Part shown: one piece after another, positions 1 to 9,107 of the stretch
How positions within the stretch are numbered: the stretch's first letter is position 1
How the letters are laid out: each line of letters opens with the position of its first letter
Origin: Bacteroidia bacterium
GTDB lineage: Bacteria; Bacteroidota; Ignavibacteria; SZUA-365
Length of the DNA: 64,000 nucleotides
Direction: 5' to 3'
NCBI GenBank assembly: GCA_027493955.1
Contig: JAOSJT010000001.1
Coordinates: forward strand, 261,131-325,130
Translations under genes and position numbers: made by a program
Notes under the pieces: generated by a model
What the model was told of the DNA's origin: nothing
What the model saw: the letters and a program-made list of their open reading frames with translations, nothing else
Databases searched by the model: none

Positions 1-269
1 GAGCGAAAACTACGAATTGCGGGTTGTTATTTGAAACGTGAAGGTGCTTCGCATGCGCTATGGATCAATCCGAAAAATGGGATGGTAGAGGCGATTCCTC
101 GCCACGTTGAGATCAAAGAGGCTTTGGCAATGAAAATATTGAAAAGCATGGGGGCTGAATGATGTCAGATCTGTCGCCTTGTTCCGGGTTGCAGTAACCG
201 GGTTAATGCAACTCGCCAGGATTTGTTTCAAGCGAATCACGTCATGAGGCTACTACGAAAACACCGGAT

Positions 270-1193
270 ATGAACGAGGCCTCCCGTGCCAAAGTGCTGC
301 TCGCCTTTGCGATAGTGTATCTCGTCTGGGGATCCACCTATCTCGGCATCCGTTTCGCTATCGAGACCATTCCGCCGTTCATCATGGCCGGGGTGCGATT
401 TTTTGCCGCCGGCGCGATACTGTATCTCTGGCTGCGCTTCCGCGGCGCACCGGGGCCGAGCAAAGCACAGTGGCGGTCAATGAGTGTTGTCGGCTTTCTG
501 TTGATCGGCATAGGCAACGGCACGGTATCATGGGTGGAATTGACCCTGCCATCCGGTCTGACGGCGCTGATCATCGCGTTGACGCCCTTCTGGTTCGTCT
601 CGCTCGAATGGATGCAGAACGCCATACGACCGACGCGTGAGGTCATCGTTGGTTTGTTGCTCGGATTGTCGGGAATGATCATTCTCATCGATCCTGCGAA
701 CATCACGCAGGGTGGGCGCCTCGATCCCTTTGCGACGACCATACTGATACTCGCGACAATGTCCTGGGCGGGAGGGTCAATGTACTCGCGCAGCGCGGAG
801 CGTCCCGCATCGCAGCTCATGGGCGCCGCCATGCAGATGCTCGTCGGAGGTGCCGTGCTCATTGTGTTCGGCAGCATTATGGGCGAATGGGCGGTATTCG
901 ATCCATCCGCGGTCAGCACTGTTTCGCTTGCGGCGTTTCTGTATCTGATCGTGTTCGGGTCACTGATCGCCTTCTCCGCCTATATCTGGCTCCTGCAGGC
1001 CAGCTCGCCGGCAAGGGTGTCCACGTACGCCTATGTCAATCCCGTCATTGCCGTATTTCTAGGCTGGCTTCTCGCCGGGGAAACCCTCACACCCCGCATC
1101 ATGATTGCCGCCGCGGTCATACTCTCAGGCGTGGCGCTTATCACAGCAGTAAAAATCCGCCTCGCCGCTTCGTCGTTGCGTCGGGAATCGTGA
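270..1193 (+). CDS. EamA/DMT-family (drug/metabolite exporter) membrane transporter
   Basis: 307-aa ORF of ~10 hydrophobic helices in two repeated halves. The pattern 'LVWGSTYLGIRFAIE ... GSLIAFSAYIWLL' is typical of the EamA duplicated-domain fold. The ATG is at 270. Confidence 0.75.
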   Translation: MNEASRAKVLLAFAIVYLVWGSTYLGIRFAIETIPPFIMAGVRFFAAGAILYLWLRFRGAPGPSKAQWRSMSVVGFLLIGIGNGTVSWVELTLPSGLTALIIALTPFWFVSLEWMQNAIRPTREVIVGLLLGLSGMIILIDPANITQGGRLDPFATTILILATMSWAGGSMYSRSAERPASQLMGAAMQMLVGGAVLIVFGSIMGEWAVFDPSAVSTVSLAAFLYLIVFGSLIAFSAYIWLLQASSPARVSTYAYVNPVIAVFLGWLLAGETLTPRIMIAAAVILSGVALITAVKIRLAASSLRRES

Positions 1194-1195
1194 AG

Positions 1196-1225
1196 CGTTA
1201 AACGTTAAAAGTTAAACGTTAAACG
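1196..1225. repeat. Short tandem CGTTAAA repeat (about 4 copies), containing three AACGTT palindromes
   Basis: Read directly: gcgttaaacgttaaaagttaaacgttaaacg, immediately 3' of the EamA stop. Confidence 0.8.
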
Positions 1226-1265
1226 ATGATGCGGTGTGGGATATGAATGCGATATGTAAAATGTT

Positions 1266-1278
1266 CCGCCTGAGGCGG
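1266..1278. terminator. Short perfect hairpin CCGCC-TGA-GGCGG between convergent genes
   Basis: A 5-bp GC stem with a 3-nt loop in the 143-bp gap between convergent genes. There is no U-tract, and FCB-group terminators often lack one. Confidence 0.3.
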
Positions 1279-1280
1279 AT

Positions 1281-1336
1281 AAATCGTAAATCGTAAATCG
1301 TAAATCGTAAGTCGTAAGTCGTAAGTCGTAAATCGT
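1281..1336. repeat. Eight tandem heptamers (AAATCGT x4, AAGTCGT x3, AAATCGT x1)
   Basis: Read directly. The array abuts or overlaps the stop codon of the minus-strand M28 peptidase gene. Confidence 0.9.
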
Positions 1337-2736
1337 CAATCAAAAGTCCATTCACCCTGCTTTTTCAGCCGTTTGTCGAGTCCGTATTTCACCAGCCAAT
1401 CGCGGGTTTCGGCAGGAGAGCGGCGCAGCATGAGGGCGTCGGGTGTGTTGGCAAGCTCGTGCGTGAGAATGGCGACGACTGCGGCTGCTTCGGAAAGATA
1501 GCGGCGGTTGACGAGGTCGAAGGTGTCGCCGAAATCATGATAGGTTTCCACCATTTCCTTGTCGAGATGTCCCATCGGTGTGATTGCGGGGATGCCGGCC
1601 AGCATGAACGGCTGATGGTCGCTGTTGGTCCATGGCACGCTTGCAACGCCGCGCGACATGTCGAAACCGCGCAGCTGCGGAAGCAGGCCACGCAACAGCG
1701 GCAGCAAATGCTCGTTGCCCATGGCGTTGAAGCCGCGCGGCGAACCCGTCATGTCCATGTTGATCATGACGGCTATCGGCTCATCCTTGTGCTGCTCCAC
1801 GTAGCGCCGGGAACCCCAGAGACCCATTTCTTCGCCGTTGAACCAGACGAACTCCACCGTCCTCTCGTTTTCCGGGGAGAGCGCTCGAAGGATGCGCGCG
1901 ACATCGAAGAGAATCGCCGTGCCCAGGCCGTTGTCTATCGAACCCTGCCCGACATCCCAGGAATCAAAATGCGCGCCGACGACGATTTTTTCCGGCCGTT
2001 TACCCGGAAGCGTACAGACCACATTGGCGCTTTTCACCGGCAAGCAGCGCGACTGCGTCGTGATGCGCATACGCACCTCGACACCGCGCCGCAGCAATCG
2101 CAGCAGGCGCTGACCTTCTTCCCAGGTGAGACTGAATGCGGGAACAGCCGCGGGTTCGCCGTGGAAGTTGCTCATGCCCGAGAGCGTCATCCGTCCTTTC
2201 TTGTCATTGATGAACAGCACCGCCTTTGCGCCAGCCTTCGCGGCATGGACGATGGCCTCGGCCCGCAGCAATTCTTCCGCTCCCGCCGGGGCTTCCTGCG
2301 TGAGCAATGCGATATGTCCGCGCACGTCCACAGTATCGAAATCCGCCGCGGTGCCGCGATTGGCCCAGCGCAGCTGCGCTTCGAACTGCGGCGTACTTTC
2401 CACATACCCCAACGCCACAGCACGAAATACGCGGTCCGAGGGAACGAGCATGCGCACCTCATCCGCCCCGCGCATCCAACCGGGAACGTCGAATCCTTCC
2501 TTCCGCGGCTCCAGACCCTGACGGCGCAATTCCTCCTGGAGGATGTCCATGCCGAGTTCATTCTGCGCCGATCCGATCCACCGTCCTCCTGCTTCATCGC
2601 TCAGCCGCATCAGCATATCGAATGAATCGTTGTGTAAAAAAGCCGATCCGGCGATGCGTTCGCGTACTGCGTCGCTCTGTGCGCTCAGCAGTGACGGGAG
2701 GGCAAGGAAGACGAGAAGGATCTTGAATCGTTTCAT
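1336..2736 (-). CDS. Secreted M28-family metallopeptidase (aminopeptidase-like)
   Basis: Signal peptide 'MKRFKILLVFLALPSLLSAQ'. The segment 'HFDSWDVGQGSIDNGLGTAILFDVARIL ... WFNGEEMGLWGSRRY ... MDMTG' matches the M28 Zn-ligand and active-site blocks (H/D...D...EE...D...H). Confidence 0.8.
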   Translation of the reverse strand: MKRFKILLVFLALPSLLSAQSDAVRERIAGSAFLHNDSFDMLMRLSDEAGGRWIGSAQNELGMDILQEELRRQGLEPRKEGFDVPGWMRGADEVRMLVPSDRVFRAVALGYVESTPQFEAQLRWANRGTAADFDTVDVRGHIALLTQEAPAGAEELLRAEAIVHAAKAGAKAVLFINDKKGRMTLSGMSNFHGEPAAVPAFSLTWEEGQRLLRLLRRGVEVRMRITTQSRCLPVKSANVVCTLPGKRPEKIVVGAHFDSWDVGQGSIDNGLGTAILFDVARILRALSPENERTVEFVWFNGEEMGLWGSRRYVEQHKDEPIAVMINMDMTGSPRGFNAMGNEHLLPLLRGLLPQLRGFDMSRGVASVPWTNSDHQPFMLAGIPAITPMGHLDKEMVETYHDFGDTFDLVNRRYLSEAAAVVAILTHELANTPDALMLRRSPAETRDWLVKYGLDKRLKKQGEWTFD

Positions 2737-2785
2737 TTTTTTCTTTGTGAGAATAGTCGGAACGCGTGAGTATCTGTGTGTCGGT

Positions 2786-4141
2786 TCAGTCGTGCTGCAG
2801 TTGTCCGCTCGTTTTCAGCTTTCCCGCCATCCATCCGCGCGCGAGGTACAGCGCTATGGGGCTTATCATGGCGATGAGGCCGTACAGCAGCCAGAGGAAC
2901 TCGGTGTCCCGCGCACCAACCTCGGGGCAGTACACGGAGAGCATGTATCCCGAATAGAGTCCTGTCAGCATCTTGGTCAGGAACCACGGGAACTGGGCGA
3001 TGCCCATGTACAGCCCTGTCTTGCCCTCGGGTGCCAGCTCCGCGGCGAGCTGGAGAAAACGGGGTTGCCACATCGCCTCGCCGACAGACATCAGCAGAAT
3101 GTAGGCGAAAAGGAATTCCACGCTGGCGCCGACTGCGAGGAAGAATGTCGGTGCCGCCATCACCAGGGTACCGATAATCATCATCCGGTACACATCCACT
3201 TTATGCGTCAGCGCGGTCACAATCGGAGTCAGTATGAAGATCAGTACGGGATTGATATTGACGAAGAGCTCCATGTTCTCGCTGACCCAACCGGGAAAGG
3301 ACCTCTCCACGTACTGCGGCATGGTGAGCCATTGATGGGCGAACAGCGTCTGCACAGGGATGAGGATGAAGATGAAGAAGGAGAAGCGGCTGTCGCGCAG
3401 GGGATGCTCACGAAGCCAGGTGATGAAATGAAAGGGCTGCTTATCCTTTTTTACGGACTCCGCGTCCTCCGTGATCGCGGCATCGCGTATGGATTTTTTC
3501 GTCATGATGAAAAGAATGCTCGCCAGACTCAGCAGCGTGAGCGCGGTATACGCCCAGAACACGCCCCGTATGCCGAAACTCGCGCGCATGGGCGGCGACA
3601 TCAGACCCGGGAGAAAGGCCCCGAGGTTCATCAGTGCGTAGAGCATGGCGTATCCCATTGCCGCGTTCTTTTTCGTGGTGAATTGTCGCACGGCGGCGTA
3701 GGAGGCGGGCATGTACATACCGTATCCCAACACGACGAGCAGCAATCCCCCGAGAGCCGCAAAAAACATGGGTGAGCCGATACCCCATCCTCCGAAGACA
3801 GACGAGCCGGAAAGCAGCACGCGCCCACCGATCATCAGCAGCAGCGAAACGGCAAGAGCGCGCCGCACACCCCAGCGGTCCGAGAGTTCGCCGAAGAAAA
3901 ACATGGCCAGCGTGATGCCGCCGGTGAAGAAGCCGACGACGGGACCGGCTTCGATGTCGCTCAGTCCCACATCGCGGTTGAAATGTATCGCCAGCAGGGT
4001 CAGTATGCCGAAATAGCACAACCCCTCGAGGAAGTAGGCTGCGTTGACGCCCCACAGGGCGCGTGGTGCCCGGACGATGTTGATGAAAGGGTCGATGAGT
4101 TCGCGAATGGGACTCGGAGGCTGCTTCGCGGTGTCGTGCAT
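2786..4141 (-). CDS. MFS-superfamily transporter
   Basis: 451 aa with about 12 TM helices. An MFS motif-A-like 'GELSDRWGVRRA' lies between TM2 and TM3. Confidence 0.65.
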   Translation of the reverse strand: MHDTAKQPPSPIRELIDPFINIVRAPRALWGVNAAYFLEGLCYFGILTLLAIHFNRDVGLSDIEAGPVVGFFTGGITLAMFFFGELSDRWGVRRALAVSLLLMIGGRVLLSGSSVFGGWGIGSPMFFAALGGLLLVVLGYGMYMPASYAAVRQFTTKKNAAMGYAMLYALMNLGAFLPGLMSPPMRASFGIRGVFWAYTALTLLSLASILFIMTKKSIRDAAITEDAESVKKDKQPFHFITWLREHPLRDSRFSFFIFILIPVQTLFAHQWLTMPQYVERSFPGWVSENMELFVNINPVLIFILTPIVTALTHKVDVYRMMIIGTLVMAAPTFFLAVGASVEFLFAYILLMSVGEAMWQPRFLQLAAELAPEGKTGLYMGIAQFPWFLTKMLTGLYSGYMLSVYCPEVGARDTEFLWLLYGLIAMISPIALYLARGWMAGKLKTSGQLQHD

Positions 4142-4272
4142 GGATGGGGTTCCGCGTGAGATTCGGAAAAAAGTCTCCGCACAATATACGAATCGCAGTA
4201 CTGCTTCTCTGCATTGCGAATCAGCGCGATACGGTGTACTATGGATGATCAGAATACCTACAGGAGCTCACC

Positions 4273-4623
4273 ATGTCCCGAAACACCTTTTTCGCTGTCG
4301 TCCTCCTCGTTGCGTCCGCAGTACTCTCCACCGCCTGCTCCGAGGATCCTCCAAGTATCAACGTTCGCAACGATTACACGGCCAAAGTCAATGTGCAGCT
4401 CAAACCGGCTGCCGGCAACACCGTGAATATCAACGACGTCCAGAGCGGACAGACCACCAGTTTCATGGATGTCACCGAAGGGCAGTGGACCGCGAGCGCC
4501 ACCATTCAGGCGTCGTCCGCCGAACCGTCGGCTACGTTCACAACGTCGAATGACAACAATTATACCGTGGTGATCACGAATACCGAACCGCCGACGATGC
4601 AGATTCAGGTCGGGGACAAATAG
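4273..4623 (+). CDS. Small lipoprotein of unknown function
   Basis: Lipobox-like signal 'LLVASAVLSTAC'. The mature part is Thr/Ser/Asn-rich. No recognisable domain. Confidence 0.45.
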   Translation: MSRNTFFAVVLLVASAVLSTACSEDPPSINVRNDYTAKVNVQLKPAAGNTVNINDVQSGQTTSFMDVTEGQWTASATIQASSAEPSATFTTSNDNNYTVVITNTEPPTMQIQVGDK

Positions 4624-4675
4624 GCGGGCGAGTATCGAATGATCACCCTTGCGGGTGCGAAAGAAGCATGGTGCT

Positions 4676-7309
4676 TCAGGAGACGGGCAGCCAGTAAGAG
4701 ATTTTCATGGCGAAGAAATTATCTCCCGGACTGTCAATGGAATGCAGAAGATGCCTGGGTCCGATGGTGGCACCGTCCATATCGTAGTTCGAGCGGTTTT
4801 GTTGCCAAACGAGAAAGAGCGTACTGCCGCGCAGCCACTCCCATCGCAGCACGACATTGGAACGGAATGAAAGGATCTTGAAATCCGGGTTGTTGAGCGT
4901 CAACACCGGCTGTCCCGCTTCCCGCACGGTATAGGAAGTTCCATCCTCCGACAAGGTCAGGCTGCTTCCGTCCGTGCCGTAGATCCGCAGGTCGCGTTCG
5001 CCGCCTTCCGCCATTTCGCCGAAGGCGGTGAATCTGCCATTGGAGGCGAAAGGTTCCATGTACACTTCAAGCGTCAAATCCGGAGTGAAGGCGTAGTTTA
5101 CGCGGAAGCGGCTCACGAGCGTCGCCTGATCAATGGTCGAGAACACGTAGCGTTTTCCGTAGGTGCGCGCATCGCCACGGTCAAATGTGCCGATATACTG
5201 CCGGGTGCTGATCTGCCGTATGAAACTGGGTACGAGGGAGAGTTCCAGATTCCCTCGCAGGCGCAGTGCGAAGGAGCCGTCGATGACGAAATTCCATGAA
5301 TCCGTTTCGTCGTTGAAGCCGGACACACCGCCGGACCAGCGGAAGTCATCCGCGTAGTTGTTGTGGAAGCTCCAATAGTAGTTGATCCCGGCGCCGGCAT
5401 CCATTAACGGGCCGCCGCGTGTGAGTTCGTCGCTCACGCCCCGTGCGCCGTAATTGATGACGAACGCGCTCGTCCAGAAATTCTTGAATGTTCCCGCGAG
5501 TTCAAGATTTGCTGTGGTGAAGCGATGCGTGCCACCGAAGTTCCATCCGGCGACCTGGCTGACGCCCAAGCTCCAGGCGTGGAACAGCGCGCCGGGTTCC
5601 GTCTCGCGATAGGTGAGAGAGGTCGAGGCCTCGATATCGTCGGTAGACTGCAGTCGTCCCGTGTCGTTGATCTCGAACTCCGGCGATTCGGCCGTGATGC
5701 CCGCACCCCACAGCCAGTTTTTCCCGCCGATCTTCGAAAAATTCAGTGCTGCCGTGTAACCGGTCAAAGAAGTGCGCGTCGGATCAAAGGAAACATGCGT
5801 GGCATCGGGCCGCTGAAAGTAATGCGCCGGGGAAAGCTGAATCAGCGCGATGGCGTCCGAACTGCCTTGCACGTGACTGAAGCCCGCGAAGCCATTGAGC
5901 TCATACACCCCGCTGTTGAAACGAATTTTCCAATCCGCACCGCCGCTCACCGCGTTGCGTGTCAGTATGCTCTCCGCTTTGGGATCCGCCAGATCCCGTT
6001 TCACACCGGCAAGAATCACACCGGCGGACGAACCTTCGGCGTCGATTTCCTGCAATGCCCGTACGACGCCATAGCCGGACATGGGTGCAACCTGTGTCTC
6101 GCCGCGCGTGGACGTCGCGGGATCCCAGGTCTCGACAAATTCGCGCGCGGTCAGTGCCGTGAGTGCACCCAACGAGAATCCTGACTGCAAGCGGCCGCTT
6201 ACCTTCGCGGCACCGAGAATCGTGGTGTTTGACGTCTTTGCCGAATAGGGTGCATCGGACGTCAATCGCGGCGGCGCTCCGATGCGGCGGGAGTAGAAAT
6301 AATTGGGCCCGCGCCCTTTGAGCAGCTGACTGCCTTCGATGAAAAAGGGCCGGCGTTCGTCATAATAAATTTCGTAGGCGGACAGATTGACCGTCGCCGG
6401 ATCCGCCTCCACCTGCCCAAAATCAGGATTGATTGTTGCGTCGAGTGTGAGATTGGGACCGAGCCCCATTTTCATGTCGACACCGGCACCTCCCTGCCAT
6501 GTGCTCTGTGTGGAGAGCGGATTCGCCGGGTCATGTGTGCCGCTGTGCGTGAAGTCGGTGGACAAATAGGGGAACAGCTCGATACGTGATGAGGGTGCGA
6601 TACCGCGGATACCGGTCAGCGTCCCGAAGCGCGACGCCCAGCCGGTTTCGCTTTTCGGGATCAGTACCCAGTACATATCCTCGTTGCGCGACGGGACATA
6701 GCGATTCATGTTCAGTCCCCACGAAAGCTCATCACGGCTATTGAAACGGAGCTGGGAGAACGGGATGCGCATTTCGGCACTCCAACCGACAGCATCGCGT
6801 GAGACAGCAGCTTCCCAGACCGGATCAAACGAATGATCGCGGCTGAATTCCTGATCTTCGGAATGATAGTACTCGACCCGTACGCCATCCGCTGTAACAC
6901 AGAAGGAATACGAGGTGCGTTTGTCGCCGTAAGTGTCGAGTGATATGATGATACGCTCTGAATTCCCTGCATTGTCCCTGCGCGAGAGGGTGGACACGAT
7001 TTCCGTGACATCGTCGTGGTACATACGCGCCCCCACATACAGAGCCTTGTCGTCGTACACGAAGCGGACCTCTGTGCGGAGCGAGGGTTCGGCACCCTCG
7101 CGCGGTTCCTTCAACACAAAATCGGTCGCCGGAGAGGCTTTGAGCCAGCAAGCATCATCGAGCACACCGTCGAGACGGGGCGTGCGGTCGAGGCAGCGGG
7201 AGGCGGCGACGAGACGTGCGGAGGCGCCTTCCAGACCTTGCCCATGAAGGTATGGTGACATTGCCCAAAGTAGCACGCCCAGAGCGACGGACGCAATACT
7301 TGGGATCAT
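4676..7309 (-). CDS. DUF5916 / CBM9-like domain outer-membrane-associated protein
   Basis: The N-terminus 'DGVLDDACWLKASPATDFVLKEPREG...EVRFVYDDKALYVGARMYHDD' matches the CBM9-like start of the roughly 850-aa DUF5916 family common in Bacteroidota. The rest is a long beta-rich region. The likely start is the internal Met at 7309 (signal 'MIPSIASVALGVLLWA'). The ORF extends to 7384. Confidence 0.65.
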   Translation of the reverse strand: MIPSIASVALGVLLWAMSPYLHGQGLEGASARLVAASRCLDRTPRLDGVLDDACWLKASPATDFVLKEPREGAEPSLRTEVRFVYDDKALYVGARMYHDDVTEIVSTLSRRDNAGNSERIIISLDTYGDKRTSYSFCVTADGVRVEYYHSEDQEFSRDHSFDPVWEAAVSRDAVGWSAEMRIPFSQLRFNSRDELSWGLNMNRYVPSRNEDMYWVLIPKSETGWASRFGTLTGIRGIAPSSRIELFPYLSTDFTHSGTHDPANPLSTQSTWQGGAGVDMKMGLGPNLTLDATINPDFGQVEADPATVNLSAYEIYYDERRPFFIEGSQLLKGRGPNYFYSRRIGAPPRLTSDAPYSAKTSNTTILGAAKVSGRLQSGFSLGALTALTAREFVETWDPATSTRGETQVAPMSGYGVVRALQEIDAEGSSAGVILAGVKRDLADPKAESILTRNAVSGGADWKIRFNSGVYELNGFAGFSHVQGSSDAIALIQLSPAHYFQRPDATHVSFDPTRTSLTGYTAALNFSKIGGKNWLWGAGITAESPEFEINDTGRLQSTDDIEASTSLTYRETEPGALFHAWSLGVSQVAGWNFGGTHRFTTANLELAGTFKNFWTSAFVINYGARGVSDELTRGGPLMDAGAGINYYWSFHNNYADDFRWSGGVSGFNDETDSWNFVIDGSFALRLRGNLELSLVPSFIRQISTRQYIGTFDRGDARTYGKRYVFSTIDQATLVSRFRVNYAFTPDLTLEVYMEPFASNGRFTAFGEMAEGGERDLRIYGTDGSSLTLSEDGTSYTVREAGQPVLTLNNPDFKILSFRSNVVLRWEWLRGSTLFLVWQQNRSNYDMDGATIGPRHLLHSIDSPGDNFFAMKISYWLPVS

Positions 7310-7623
7310 GTTTGCACATGCCTGACCGCGTGGAGGTCGCATATCCCCCTTGTCTCGATACGAATTATCGTCTCTTTTCGTCAATCAGTTCTGAGCGCAT
7401 CCTGACGGGCTTGCAGCGGGAAAGCACAGGATTTCTCTGCCGGAATATACAACATGTCCGGCACGAATCCTTCATGTGCAAAAAAATATTCTTCCGCTCA
7501 TTTTGTATCCTTCCCGCTAGGGCTTGGCGCGCCGAATCCTGCAAATCGCCCAGATCGCAACGATTTGTGCAAAATCAGGTGGTTGCGTATCATGCGGGAC
7601 AACAGAGTACTCCGGATACGCAC

Positions 7624-8634
7624 ATGACTTCAGTTTCCAACACGCAGGAACCAACCTGCCTCATTATCGGTGCCGGCATCGCCGGGTTGTCCGCCGGCAG
7701 GGAATTGCACCGCCAGGGCATTCACGTGACCATTCTCGAGAAAGCCCGCGGGGTAGGGGGACGCATGGCGACGCGCCGTTTCGCCGGTGGAGTATTTGAT
7801 CATGGCACCCAGTACTTCGCACCCGCCAGTGCCTGGTTTCAGACACGTATTGATGAGTGGGTGCGCGACGGGTACTCCCGCGAATGGTTCAGAGTCAGTC
7901 AGTATGAAATGGATCCACGCTTCGTTTCCGCCGCCCGGTATTGCGGATTACCCGCCATGACGGCGATACCGAAGCATCTCGCCGAGGGGCTCGATCTTCA
8001 TACCGAGGTGCGTGTAAGCGCATTGCGGCAGGCACAAGAGCAGTGGCAAGCGGTGACGGTGGAGGGACAGGAGTATCACGCACAGGCCTGCATACTCACC
8101 GCTCCGCTGCCGCAGTCGTTGGAAATCATTGCCCACTCCGATATCGACGAACTGCCGGATCTCGGGGACCTGCGCGACGTCACGTACAATCCGTGCATCA
8201 CCGTTCTGGCGACGTGCGCGCAGGCTCCCTCTCTGCCGGACAATGGTGTGCTCGAGCTCGCTGAGGGTGTGGTGCTGCGCATCATGGACAATCACCGCAA
8301 GGGCATTTCGCCCGATTGCCACGCAGTGACCATTCATGCTTCCGCGGATTTCAGCCGGGAGCATTTCGACAGTGATCCGGCCGTCAGCGGCGCCTTGCTT
8401 CTTGAAGCCGCGCTGCCGTTGCTGGGTGTTCCGGTACGCGAATGGCAGGCGCACCGCTGGAGGTTCAGTACCGTGCCCAATCCTGTCGACGCCCCGTATT
8501 TTTCCGTGCGCGAGGCGCCGCCGCTCATCCTTGCCGGCGACGCGTTCGGCAACAACGGTGTGGAAGGCGCGGCGCGTTCGGGACTTCGTGCCGCGCAGCA
8601 CGTTCGCGATTGTTTTGCGAGGTTGAGCAGATGA
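7624..8634 (+). CDS. NAD(P)/FAD-dependent oxidoreductase (amine-oxidase/renalase-like)
   Basis: The Rossmann dinucleotide motif 'CLIIGAGIAGLSAGREL...TILEKARGVGGR' is at the N-terminus. I chose the start at ATG 7624, since the ORF upstream of that (7216-7623) is low-complexity. Confidence 0.7.
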   Translation: MTSVSNTQEPTCLIIGAGIAGLSAGRELHRQGIHVTILEKARGVGGRMATRRFAGGVFDHGTQYFAPASAWFQTRIDEWVRDGYSREWFRVSQYEMDPRFVSAARYCGLPAMTAIPKHLAEGLDLHTEVRVSALRQAQEQWQAVTVEGQEYHAQACILTAPLPQSLEIIAHSDIDELPDLGDLRDVTYNPCITVLATCAQAPSLPDNGVLELAEGVVLRIMDNHRKGISPDCHAVTIHASADFSREHFDSDPAVSGALLLEAALPLLGVPVREWQAHRWRFSTVPNPVDAPYFSVREAPPLILAGDAFGNNGVEGAARSGLRAAQHVRDCFARLSR

Positions 8635-9092
8635 AACCCGATATGCAGGATCTCGATGCGGTGATGTTTCTGATGCAGGTGGTCACCACGTTTTCACTGA
8701 CGGGCATCATCTGGTTTCTGCAACTTGTGCATTATCCCTTGCTCCGCCGAATTGTGCGATCCCGTTTTGCGCGCTATGCGCGTATGCACGTAGTGCTCAC
8801 GCTCTTCATCGCCGGTCCGCCGGCCTTGTTGGAAGCCATCTCTGTTCTCTATTCTCTTTGGCGCACGCCGCCATGGATGGATCAGGATGCTGTTGTTCTG
8901 GGCGCGGTGTTACTCGGGATCATCTGGGCCAGCACGTTTCTGCTGCAACGGCCCCAGCACAGAAAGCTGCAGGAGGGCTTCGATCCACGCGCGTACCGCC
9001 GGTTGCTGTACAGCAATTGGATCAGGAGCTACGCGTGGAGTTTCCGCACGATCATCCTTCTTTTCAGTCTCCTGCGGCTGCTCACCACCTGA
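8631..9092 (+). CDS. Small 4-TM membrane protein, possibly DUF1772/anthrone-oxygenase-like
   Basis: 153 aa from the ATG at 8631, which overlaps the oxidoreductase stop by 4 nt (suggesting an operon). It has four hydrophobic segments. The family assignment is from memory only. Confidence 0.4.
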   Translation: MKPDMQDLDAVMFLMQVVTTFSLTGIIWFLQLVHYPLLRRIVRSRFARYARMHVVLTLFIAGPPALLEAISVLYSLWRTPPWMDQDAVVLGAVLLGIIWASTFLLQRPQHRKLQEGFDPRAYRRLLYSNWIRSYAWSFRTIILLFSLLRLLTT

Positions 9093-9107
9093 AAATCGGG
9101 TTCATAC

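Noticed and set aside
1281-1336. Possible CRISPR or minisatellite interpretation of the heptamer array.
   Set aside because: The repeat unit is only 7 bp with no spacers, and there are no cas genes anywhere in the window. It is simple-sequence DNA, not a CRISPR array.
1459-2625. Long antisense/alternative-frame ORFs inside confidently assigned genes. Examples: 1459-2625 (+) inside the M28 peptidase, 5525-6184 (+) inside DUF5916, 29039-30298 (-) inside dnaN, 33212-34501 (-) inside gyrB, 57181-58983 (-) inside the BNR protein.
   Set aside because: High GC suppresses stop codons on the opposite strand. The translations are Arg/Ala/Pro-rich and low-complexity with no motifs, and each ORF is fully contained in a gene with clear homology-type signatures.
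7216-7623. The 5' extension of the FAD-oxidoreductase ORF (an extra 136 codons).
   Set aside because: The extension is Arg/Ser/Cys-rich with no fold signature. The Rossmann GxGxxG motif begins about 10 residues after the Met at 7624, which is the normal spacing.
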